From Azolla caroliniana (lineage: Eukaryota > Plantae > Polypodiophyta): a stretch of 64,000 nt of DNA. A program made the position numbers and the translations under genes. The DNA is taken from NCBI GenBank assembly GCA_043228905.1, contig JBHGNT010000030.1:186001-250000 (forward strand), written 5' to 3'. The notes beneath the pieces are model-generated. The model searched no databases, was not told the DNA's origin, and saw only the letters and a list, made by a program, of their open reading frames with translations. Shown in pieces: positions 37,801-49,567 of this stretch. Each line of letters opens with the position of its first letter. Position 1 is the first letter of the stretch.

Positions 37801-40800
37801 CGTATATAAAGGGCAGAAAACCTCTGATAGAGAGAGCATGTAATTTGAATTGTAAAGAAGCGTACCGTAATAGAATTCTATCTTCTCTGAAAGTCTATGT
37901 ATAGCTACGGCTAATCTACTATGTGTCTAGAATACCTGGGCGTGTAAGAACGTAAGTGTAACCATTGCTAAGGAGTCGGTTGTAGCCATCTCCCTTATAC
38001 GCTGCTAGGTTACGAGGAACATTGCCCTACGCATTACACATAGACGCCCCCATTCGTTGTTCCACAACCACTTGGAGGTCTAGGTCGAAGGACTGACCGT
38101 AGACTGTGTTCCTAATCGGTAACACTTTTGGCACGCTTGGTGATCTGTGTCTTCTCATAGACGAGCAACGACGAATGGATGTTTAGCCGCAGACGCCCCA
38201 AAGAACCAAGACGACAAGACCGGCCAATCACAAGGTCCTTCACACGCCAGGCAGAGGAACGTGCACGGCAAAAGCCTCGCCTCAGCGACCTCAGTACTAC
38301 CTGTCGTGATTACAAAGGTGATTCTTCGCTCTCCAAATACCTCGACGATACGCGGGGAGTACGCTCACCAAAACCACCCTGTGGTCTTTCCCGACCCGCC
38401 GTAGCCCCTAGCATGGCCTTTGCCTATCCCCGCTTTAACGGCGAAACCGACGCCGCAACCCATATTCGCATGTTCCTTAATGTCTGGAATGCGAACCACA
38501 TGGCGCAGAGCCTTTTGGAGGCGGTAGCGCACCAGTCGAAAATGACGGAGTTTCGGTTAACACTGGATGGGCAAGTGGCGTTTTGGCATTCATAGATGGA
38601 TTTACCAGCAATCACAACCTTCGATCAGCTGCAATCCGCATTCTTGCGGTTCTTCCATCGGAGGGTTCCACAACGCGAAATCCTCGGACAGTTCTACACG
38701 ATTAAGCAACTGCCGACCGAGACGATCGTAGACTTCAACTTACGTTTCCAAAATTTACGGCGGAAACTAGAATGAAGCCTCGTGGAGGACGAGGCTCGAG
38801 AGACATTTCTGGCAGCATTACGCCGACCCATCCGGGCAACGCTCAACAACAATAGCGTGAAAGGGGAAACGATGGATATGGTCATTGAACGAGCGTTACA
38901 ACTCGAGTTGGACGAGGAGGAGGAAAGGTTTTCTATGTCCTCCTTATGATAAGCGTTACCCCAGGACGAGGAACGCCAGTTTTGTCAAGCAATCCAGTGC
39001 ACGATTTGCTTGAACTCGGGGCATTCCACAGTGGAGTGCAATATGCGAATCCACTGCCCAATCTGCCACTCGAAGGCTCACACAGTCGAACAATGCGAAT
39101 ACAATATGTTGAACAGAGCCGCTCCCATAGTTTGCAGCATGGACACACAACGTCCCCCACGCCGTACTGAACAAAGGAGTCAAGAAGACCGACCACGGTA
39201 TATGGATCGCAACCCACGAGACGACCGACACCACCGGAATCGCCGAAATCACAATGATTCCGAGGAAGACGAACCAGAGGACGAGGATTATCGTGGACAT
39301 CCGAGTTATGCTAAAGGGGGCCGATGCTACGAGAATCACTAGCCGACAAACAAACGTGGCGGCTTCAATGGTTATCGTGGTAAACCGCGGCAATATCGAG
39401 ATCACCGGCGTTACGACGAAAGCTCGGGAGATGAGTGACACCAAGAACCACGATGGGACCAACAGCAACCACTGCGTGCGTTCCAACAAACAAGGCCGGA
39501 CCGTGAGGAGCAAGTCGCACCAGGGAATCGGCACACACCACCAGGAGCCGAGAAGGGTGAATCAAGCATCCATTGTTTTATTTGTCAGTAGCCCGGACAT
39601 TATGCCACATAATGCCCAACACACAAGGGCAAGGGGCCCGCTGTCAATACGATTACGGTGGAAGTGCAGCAAGTCACGACATGCTAGCAAACAAAAATGG
39701 CTGATTGGGCTGCGCAAGATGAGATACGACAACAAGCCCAGGCATGGGTGGAAAAAGCAAACGCAACCAATACAGAGCGCATGCGGAAGGAGTCCGCGAA
39801 TGTGAGGGAGCGAGCATAGGACGAAGGACCGGTCCTGGACCCCATTTGGCAGGCATTAGCGGGCTGCGAGATAACGTTAACCATGGAGAAGCTGTTGTTG
39901 CTAGTCCCATGCTTCCGCCAGACCATGGAAGAACGAGTGACGGGCATATCCGGGGTGAGTGTCGCTACAAACCTTACAGACATTAGCGATGGACCGCCGG
40001 TAGTAGATCACCACAACCCGACTATTACATTAATATTACACGGACAAGAAATTTCTTGATGCGTAATCGATTGCGGCTCAGGCATCAATGTAATTAGCGC
40101 AAAAACTTGCGAGCAGTTAGGCATTTCAGAATGGGAGGCTTGCCCATTCTGGCTCCGAATGGCAGATATCTGCTCAGTACGACCATTGAGGTTAATTCGC
40201 AAGATAAGCATTATCGTAGGCGGACATCGCTTCGACATCTCGGCGGTCGTCCTCGCCTTGGACGCCCTAGGGGCGTACCCAGTGCTTCTGGGTAGACCAT
40301 GGCTTCGGGCAGCAAATATCAACCAGAGCTGGCAACATAAGTGTATCAGTTTCCGACACGGACGCACCAAGGTTCGCGTACCTACGGAAGGAAGCACGCC
40401 ACAACCCAAGGGTATAACACCATTATACGCAGAAGATATAAATATGCTGGATGGGGTGGAGGATGCAGAATTAGAGGCATACCTAGATGAGCACCCACAG
40501 ATCATTCCGCTGTTCGAAATTGACGTCATCGCAACCGCGGCAGAATATGCCATGACCACTATTTTCCACGACGAGGCTTACGAACCAAACCCAGAGTCCA
40601 TATTGAAACTCAGCAAAGCACGAGCGGCATTCGAAAGTGGAAATGGAAATTTCACGATGAGTCACCGCCTCCGCCCTGGAAGAAGTAAATGTGGGTACGG
40701 AGTCGGAACCCCATTTCCTCTCCATCGCAAAGGAATTAAGGCTGGACCAGAGAAACACGATGATCACACTACTCACGAAATATAAAGATGTGTTTGCTTG

Positions 40801-43800
40801 GGCTCACAAGGACATGAAGGGGTTAGATCCCAAGTTCTATCAGCATAAGATCAATTTAGCAACTGACGCAAAACCTGTCCAGCAGCAACGCTACCGCATG
40901 AACCCGAACTACGCGACCTGCGTAAAAGAAGAAATTGACAAACTCCTGAAGGCGGGGTTCATACGGCCAATTAAACAACCCACATGGTTAAGCCCGATAG
41001 TGGTCGTTCCAAAGAAAAACGGCAAAATACGGTGTCGTGAAGAAAACCGTCCATAGGCGGAATCGGCGCACCAAGGCGTGGGAACCGGTTCTTCACGCGC
41101 GCGCGCTCCAAGTTGTACATAGAAGCGAATTAGGAGGATAATCGGCAGGTACGGGCCCTAACTCAAGTGGAGACAAAGACCGCGCGAACAGTCTTTTCGG
41201 TCGTGCGCGCGAACTGCACGAGTCGGCGGCGTAACTACGCGGAAGCGTGAAAAACGGAGCGGATCCCTGTCCAAAAGGGACAGGGAATAAAGCTGACACG
41301 ACGGCCTGCTCGTCGGCTATATAAGGAGCGGGGAAGAGCTGTTGCAGGGATCTCGCGGGGAGAGGACGAAGTGCTGTCGGACCGTTTCTGGACGCTTCTC
41401 TCTCTGTTTCCTTCCTTCTTGAGCTCCATAGCTTTCTGTGCAGGGTTCCGAGGAGGCTCGTGCTGTTTCGAGGAACGCCCGAGTGCTTCCGGCAGCACCT
41501 CCGACCTGCTTTCCCCCTCCACCCTTTTTGTGCGTCGAAGCGAACAAGCATCGGCATCTGTTCGCCGGCTTGTTCGGTTGTAACCAACCTGAGCCCCATC
41601 GAGGGTTGTAGTCGTGTTAGCCATTTTTGTTAATATACATATTTAGTCGTTCGCATCTGTCTGTGTCGGTGTCTGTTCGCGTTCTCCGTGCTGAAGGGCC
41701 GTGTCCCTGTGTATCTCCGGTCCTGCGTAGCCGGTTCTCTCTCTTTCTCCTCCCTCGCTTGCTCTTTGGTTCGAGACCCCCGCGGTCCCGCCTCATCTCC
41801 ACACGCACTTGCGAAACATCTCGACATCTTGGTGAACCCGACGTGAAAGAGGCGGCAGAAGAGCAGAAGATGAGGGGGTCGGATCTTGCAGAGGCCATGG
41901 CTTCGGCCGTGGATCGGATTGTAAACGCGCGCGAGGGCACCGGTGCCCTCGACAGAGCTATTGAGGCGGTCGTCGGCACGATCGGCCGGTTCGAAGGGAA
42001 GGATGCCACGAAGTATTTGGCGTCCTACGGTGCAGAGATGCTGATGCGGGACATTCCGGAAGAAAGGCGTCTTGCCGGATTTCCCCGAGTGGCGATGCCG
42101 AGCATCCATGCGGAGGTGCTCGAGGTGCGGGCGGAGAGCCGTACCTGGGAGGAGTTCGAAGGTCGGCTCCTAGAGAAATACGGGCTGGACGACGCGCTCC
42201 GGCTTTCGAAGCGAAGGTTCATGGAATGGGTGGAGTCCCCGGGGAAGGGAAGAAACGCGTCGGCACTCCTCCGGGAGTTCGAGGAAAACTTTGCGCGCCT
42301 TTCGGCGCTCGACCGAACCATCCTGGACACGAGCCGGGTCTTGCTGTTTGTCAAGACGGTCGACGAGCGGGATCGGGAGCAAGTGGGCCTCTTGCTGGAA
42401 ACCGAAGACGGGCTCACTACCGACTGGACGGCTATCAAGAAAGTCTGTGGCCGTTTCGACAAACGGCGAGAATGGGCGGATAACGGGGCAGCCGGGTCGG
42501 GCTCGGTCGCAGCAAGGAAGCTCGAACCAGCGCCATAGGTGCGCAAGGAAGAGACCCGGGAGTGGTTGGAAACCGGTTCGGCCTCGACCGGCGTAGTCAG
42601 AGGCTCAACCGGAGGAGCGGCGCTGGAGGAATTGACGAAGGCGATAAAGGACCTCCAAATCGCGCAGGCCCGAAGGGAAGGAGGCGAACCGGCTCGTGAC
42701 CGACGGCCGGCGGCAGGAAACAGGTGCATGTGGTGCGATGAAGTCGGCCACATTCGGAAGGACTGCGGCGACTTCGCGGAGGCGCTGAGGGACAGGGTGG
42801 TGTACCTGTGGGAAGGACGGGTGCATGCCAGCGACACCCGAAGGGCCCTGAGCCGAAACGACGGAAAAGGTGGTATGAAAAGGTTGATGGAAGAGGCGGC
42901 GGCCCGACATGCGGAAACCGTCCACTACTCGGCGTTGGCCGGCATTCGAGTCGGGGGCGGCGAGGCCCGAAAGGAAAGCAAAACCGGATTCTGGCCGACG
43001 ATGCTGGAAGGCCTTGCCGGTGCAAGGCTTAAAGGGGAGGAATCGGACCGTGCGGAGAAACGGGTACGGGAGATGACCGGGTGGAGCGACCCGGTCGAGG
43101 AACGGACGGGCTTCGTGGAAGCCGCTTGCCAGAACTACGAGGCTCTGGTAGAAGAGAAGCGGGTGGGGAAACCCGGGACGACCGGGCCCTCACAACGATA
43201 CGAGACCCGGTCCGGGCCACGACGGGACGAAGCCGGCGGGGCCGGCACGCAAGATAAACCCCAGAAGGGCGGGTACCGTCTGGGGACGGAGATAGAAAGG
43301 ACCACGGACTTACGAAAGGTCCTGGAGGAGCGGATCCTCGACAGTAAGGTGGAGTTGTCGTTACGAGAGGTGCTGGGAATCGCCAAGAAGGAGTTCCACG
43401 ACTCCATCGTGGACTTGGTGAAACGGAAGAGGCTGTCGACGGAGACAGAACCGGAAAGACCGGTGGAAGTGCGGACGACGCACCTAGACGACATGGCGCT
43501 GGGAGACGAGTGGGCGGAAAGCCACTATTCGAGACCACACTGGGCCCGAGCGACAACGGAAACCCCGGTGAAGATCGGCGATGTCCAGGAACCGGCGATA
43601 GCTTTGGTGGACCATGGATCGGAGATCAATTTGATGTCCATGGACTTCTATAAGAAAGGCAAATGGCCGATCAACACCAAGCACGGGTGGAAAATAAGGG
43701 CAGCAACGTGCGCCACCGAGGAACTGCACGGGGCCTGTCCGAATGTGCGAGTCAAGATCGGCGACGTCGAGATTGACCAGCACTTCTTCGTGCAGGAGAC

Positions 43801-46800
43801 GTCTTCGCATCCGGTCATTCTGGGAGAGCCGTACATCACGGCGGCGCGAATGGAGACCAAAGTGCTGGACAATGGTTCGGCCTACGCGAGGGTCAAAAGC
43901 CAAGACGGGCGCCATTCGGTCCAGTTTCTGACGGTAAGGCCGAACCACGAACGTAACCGCGATTCCCTCGGTTCCGAAAACCGAGAGGATTTTTAGAAAG
44001 GACTGCCAAGGCGTGGGGCCGCGACAGTCCGGATGCTCCGGGAAAACCCCACATCTGTACGATAAAACCGTGTACAATAGGTAGGAAATTTTGCTTCTCC
44101 GACAGCGGAGCATGTACGATGGTCGGCATCACCGGCCGAGAGAAAACAAAGACGGAGGGGAGACTTCGGGCGTGCGGAGTTCTCGGCCCTGACGAAGGAA
44201 TCAACGGAGCCGTGGAGGCAGTCTCCTTCGACGACACCTTGGGAATGCTGGGGAAGGTAGTCGAAGAAGACTTTAACGGAGACCGGACGATACCGGTATG
44301 TTCAGAAGAAATGTACGAAGTCATCGCGGACTTCGGTTGAGGGCTCGAGTCGGAACGGACGGCCCGAGTGAGCACCAAGTACAAGACGGTGGACCGGAAG
44401 GTGAGGCCAGTTGCGGCGCCCTTACCGGAGGACAGTGAATCCCGGATTAAAGGGGTTGCATCGGACCCCAGCTTACGAGATCGGGCCTGCATAGGACACA
44501 CCTTCACCAACGAGACGCTCCGCGAGCTGAAGATCGGTGGGGGCGGGTTCCTACAGCCGGCGGAGGAAGACCGGTTCCGGAGAATGCTCGGAAGGCACGG
44601 GAAAGCCTTCGCATTCTCGCCGGAGGAAATCGGGTGCGTGGACCCGACGATCGTAGAGCCGATGGTGATATTCACGGTACCTCATGTACCGTGGAATCTC
44701 AAGCCAATTTCGGTTCCGAGAGCTCACATCCCGAAGTTGATGGAGCTGTTGAAGCAGAAAGTTGATATGGGCATTCTCGAGCCGTCGAGCGCCCCGTACT
44801 CAAACCGCTGGTTTACCGTACCAAAGAAAAACGGATCATTGCGCTTTATTCAGGACCTGCAGCCGGTCAATAGAGTGACCATTCGGAACGCAGGGATCGG
44901 ACCGACCATTGACGAGTTCGCGGAGGCCTTCGCCGGAAGGTCGATTTACTCGGTCGGTGATCTATACTCAGGGTACGACCAGTTCCAGCTAGCCGTGGAG
45001 AGCAGAGACATTACGACGATGCGAACCCCCCTCGGCCTAGTGCGGATGTGTACGCTGCCGCAAGGAGGGACCAACTCGGTGGCCCACATGGTGAATGCGA
45101 TGAACAAGGTACTGAGGGACTGCATCCCGGACATCACCATGCCGTTTCTAGACGACATCCCGATCAAGGGATGCCCGGTAGAAGAGAAGGACGAGACGAT
45201 CGGGCCGGACGGATGCCGGCGGTTCGTGATGGCACACATCGACGACTGCGAGAAGGTGCTGCAAAGGCTAAAGGATGCGAGGCTCACCTTCTCGGGGGAG
45301 AAATCAGCCTTCGGGTAGTCGGAAATCATGGTGGTCGGACACTTATGTGGGCCATATGGCCGGAAACCGTCTCCGGCAAAGGTAGAAGCCATCTCCGCGA
45401 TGAAGCCCGACTGCAGCTCGGTCACGGAAGTACGAAGATTCCTGGGGGCATGCGCATTCTACCACATATGGATCCCGCATTACGCCCATGTTGCGGAGCC
45501 GCTATACGGATTATTGAGGAAAGGGCGAAGATTCGAATGGCTAGACAAGCACACGGAGTCGGTCCGGAAGCTGAAGGAGGCTCTTTCGGCAGCACCGGCG
45601 CTCCGAAAGGCCGTCTACAGGAAGGGCACCCCGGTGTACGTAACGGTTGACACGAGTCCGACCGGAATCGGGTGGGTCGTCAACCAAGAAGACGAGGACG
45701 GCAATCGGTTTCCGATCCGATTCGGCGCGAAGGTCCTCAGCGAACGGCAGCGAGGATACGCCCAGGTTAAACGCGAACTCTGGGGTATCGTTTCGGCGGT
45801 GAAGGCCGACAAGGACTATCTGATCGGGACGGAGGTAATCATAGAGACGGATTGCATGCCGATTCTCGGCATGGTTTCCGGATGCGCGACGCCGGACCTG
45901 GCAATGCTCAGGTGGATAGCGTACATCAAGTCCCTGGACCCGGTACTACGACACATTTCCGGGAAAGACAACGCCATGGCCGACATGCTTTCGAGGGCGA
46001 GATTCGATGACGAGGGCGGCATGATTTCGGAGGACGAAGAGGTCGGCGTGGACTTCTTCGAGACTGCGTATGTAACAACCGACGGGACAAGCACTCCGGC
46101 GCTTAACGACTTCGACGCGAGCAAGTACGACGGGGTGTGGCTGCAGATCGGTGGGTTTTTGAAGACGATGACGCCCGATGCGTCATGGACGAAGGACGAG
46201 GCCAACCGGATCCGGAAGAAAGCGTACCGGTTCTTTCTCCGGGATGGATACTTGTGGAAGCACCCGAAGAAGAGGAACGGCGTCCCGCTCCGGGTGGTGG
46301 CAATGAAGGAAGATCAGGAGGAGCTGCTAGCGGCCTACCACGACAGCCCTTGGGCTGGACACCGTGGAACATGGGCTACGTTTGAGAAACTAAAGGGGAA
46401 GTATTGGTGGCCGGGGCAGTACCAGGACGTGCATCGGTTCGTGACAACTTGCGAGAGCTGTCAGATGCACTCCATAGTCCGACATCGAGACGAGCTTCAC
46501 CCTACGTACCCTCCGGCCATCCATTTCAAATGGATGGTAGATCTGGTAACGATGCCAATGGGAGTAGGACAGATGCGGTACCTGGTCCTAGCGCGGGAGG
46601 ATCTGACGAACCAGGTGGAAGGCCGGGCCCTTCCGAACAAAACGACCGCGGCCGTATGCCGGTTCCTAATCGAGGACGTTGTCGTGAAGAAAACCGCCCA
46701 CAAGAGGAATCGGAGGAACAAGGCGTGGGAAACGGCTCTACACACACACGCGCGCCAAGAAGTACCTAAGGACGAAGTAGGTACATACGAGGATCCTAGG

Positions 46801-47440
46801 TGGGCAGATTCGGTTGGTATGCAGTTAATGCCAAACGGCCTCTTGACGGGCTATAAAAGGAAGAGGAAGAATAGAAGTCGGACATATCCCGCGGAGAGGA
46901 CAAAGTGCTGCCGAACCGATTTCGGAGCTTCTCTCTCACTCCTGCTCTCTCTGTCTTCTGCTCCATCGCGTACCTGTGCAGGTTTCGAGGAGGCTTGCGC
47001 TGTTCCGTGGAACGCCCCGAGTGCGTCCTGCAGCACCTCCGACCTGTTTTCCCTTTCTGTGCGTCGCGACATACAGGGGTCGGCAGCTGTTCGCCGCCCT
47101 GTTCGTTTCCGTTAGTATCTATTTTGTGCCCCACCGTGGGTTGTAATACTTTAGTCTGTTATTTTCTTGCATTCATAAGTACATATCTCTCGTTGTTGCG
47201 TCCATCTGCGTCGGCGTTTATTTGTGATCTCTGTTTGTTGGGCCGTGTCCCTGTGCAATCGTCGGTTCTGCGCAATCGGATCTTCGGTCCTGTGTAATCG
47301 GGTCTCTCTCTCTTACTCCTCTCTCTCTTGCTCTTCGGTTCGAGACCCCCGTGGTCCCTCCTCCTTTCTACACGCAAGGGCGTAAAAAACCCCGACATCT
47401 TGGTGAACCCGATGTGAAAGAGGCGGCAGAAAAGTAGGAA

Positions 47441-49567
47441 ATGAAGGGGGCGGATCTTGCAGAGGCCATGGCTTCGGCCGTGGATCGGATAGTAAGCGCG
47501 CGCGAGGGCACCGGCGCCCTCGATAGAGCTATTGAGGCGGTCGTCGGAACGATCGGTCGATTCACCGGAAAAGATGCCACGAAGTACCTGGCGTCCTACG
47601 GTGCGGAAATGTTAATGCGGGACATTCCGGAAGACAGGCGTCTTGCCGGTTTTCCCCGAGTGGCGATGCCGAGCATTCACGCGGAGGTGCTCGAGGTGCG
47701 GGCGGAGAGCCGTACCTGGGAGGAGTTCGAAGGTCGGCTCCTGGAGAAATACGGACTGGACGACGCGCTCCGGCTTTCGAAGCGAAGCTTCATGGAGTGG
47801 GTGGAGTCTCCCGGGAAAGGAAGGAATGCGTCGGCACTCCTCCGGGAGTTCGAGGAGAACTTCGCGCGCCTTTCGGCGCTTGACAGGATGGTCCTGGATA
47901 CAAGCCGGGTCCTGCTGTTCGTCAAATCGGTTGACGAGAGGGATCGGAGTCACGTGGGCGCCCTGCTAGAAACCGAAGACGGGCTGACAGCCGACTGGGC
48001 GGCGGTCAAGAGAGCCTGCGGCCGTTTCGACAAACGGCGAGAATGGGAGGATGACAGAGCAACCGGTTCGGGCTCAGTCGCGGCGAGGAAACTCGAGCCG
48101 GCGCAGCCGGTGCGAAGGGAAGAGACTCGGGAGTGGCTGGAATCCGGTTCAGCTCCGACCGGCGTGATCAGAGGCTCGACTGGAGGAGCTGCGTTGGAGG
48201 AACTGACGAGGGCGATAAAAGACCTCCAAATCGCACAGGCCCGCAGAGAAGACGGAGGACCTGCTCGTGACCGACGGCCGGCGGCAGGGAACAGGTGCAT
48301 GTGGTGCGACGGGGTCGGCCACATCCGAAAAGACTGCGGCGATTTCGCAGAGGCGCTGAGGAACCGGGTGGTGTACCTATGGGAAGGCCGGGTTCACGCC
48401 AACGACACGAGAAGGGCCCTAAACCGAAACGACGGGCGAGGCGGAATGAAGAGGTTGATGGAAGAGGCGGCGGCCCGACATGCGGAAACCGTCCACTACT
48501 CGGCGTCGGCCGGTATTCGAGTCGGGGGCGGCGAGGCCCGAAAGGAAAGCAAAGCCGGATTCTGGCCGACGATGCTGGAAGGCCTTGCCGGTGCAGGGCT
48601 TAAAAGGGAGGAATCGGACCGTGCGGAGAAACGGGTACGGGAGATGACCGGGTGGAGCGACCCGGTCGAGGAAAAGACGGGCTTCGTGGAAGCCGCTTGC
48701 CGGAACTACGAGGCTCTGGTAGAAGAGAAGCGGGTGGGGAAACCCGGGACGACCGGGCCCTCACACCGATACGAGACCCGGTCCGGGCCACGACGGGACG
48801 AAGCCGGCGGGGCCGGTACGCAAGATAAACCCCGGAAGGGCGGGTACCGTCTGGGGACGGAGATAGAAAGAACCACGGACTTACGAAAGGTCCTGGAGGA
48901 ACGGATCCTCGACAGCAAGGTGGAGTTGTCGCTACGGGAGGTGCTGGGAATCGCCAAGAAGGAGTTCCACGACTCCATCGTGGACTTGGTGAAACGGAAG
49001 AGGCTGTCAACGGAGACAGAACCGGAAAGACCGGTAGAGGTGCGGACGGCGCACCTGGACGACATGGCGCTGAAAGACGAGTGGGCGGAGAGCCACTATT
49101 CGCGGCCACACTGGGCCCGAGCGACCACGGAAACCCCGGTAAAGATCGGCGATGTCCAGGAACCGGTAGTAGCTTTGGTGGACCACGGATCGGAAATCAA
49201 CCTGATGTCCATGGACTTCTATAAGAAGGGCAAATGGCCGATCAACACCAAGCACGGGTGGAAGATAAGGGCGGCGACGCGCGCCACCGAGGAACTTCAC
49301 GGGGCCTGCCCGAATGTACGGGTCAAGATCGGCGATGTCGAGATAGACCAGCACTTCTTCGTGCAGGAGTCGTCATCGCACCCCGTCATACTGGGAGAGC
49401 CGTACATCACGGCGGCTCGAATGGAGACCAAGGTGCTGGACAACGGTTCGGCCTATGCGCGGGTCAAGAGCCAGGACGGGCGCCATTCGGTCCAGTTTTT
49501 GACGGTTAGGCCGAACCACGAGCGTAACCGCGACTCCCTCGGTTCCGATAACCGAGAGGATTTTTAG
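47441..49567 (+). CDS. Gag-protease polyprotein of A2 (708 aa)
   Basis: Translation matches A1 gag-PR in the ORF track. Confidence 0.93.
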   Translation: MKGADLAEAMASAVDRIVSAREGTGALDRAIEAVVGTIGRFTGKDATKYLASYGAEMLMRDIPEDRRLAGFPRVAMPSIHAEVLEVRAESRTWEEFEGRLLEKYGLDDALRLSKRSFMEWVESPGKGRNASALLREFEENFARLSALDRMVLDTSRVLLFVKSVDERDRSHVGALLETEDGLTADWAAVKRACGRFDKRREWEDDRATGSGSVAARKLEPAQPVRREETREWLESGSAPTGVIRGSTGGAALEELTRAIKDLQIAQARREDGGPARDRRPAAGNRCMWCDGVGHIRKDCGDFAEALRNRVVYLWEGRVHANDTRRALNRNDGRGGMKRLMEEAAARHAETVHYSASAGIRVGGGEARKESKAGFWPTMLEGLAGAGLKREESDRAEKRVREMTGWSDPVEEKTGFVEAACRNYEALVEEKRVGKPGTTGPSHRYETRSGPRRDEAGGAGTQDKPRKGGYRLGTEIERTTDLRKVLEERILDSKVELSLREVLGIAKKEFHDSIVDLVKRKRLSTETEPERPVEVRTAHLDDMALKDEWAESHYSRPHWARATTETPVKIGDVQEPVVALVDHGSEINLMSMDFYKKGKWPINTKHGWKIRAATRATEELHGACPNVRVKIGDVEIDQHFFVQESSSHPVILGEPYITAARMETKVLDNGSAYARVKSQDGRHSVQFLTVRPNHERNRDSLGSDNREDF

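Noticed and set aside
45328-47115. 595-aa ORF with a novel C-terminus
   Set aside because: It is B pol reading by chance into the inserted A2 LTR. The same applies to 55311-56117 (B LTR into E RT).
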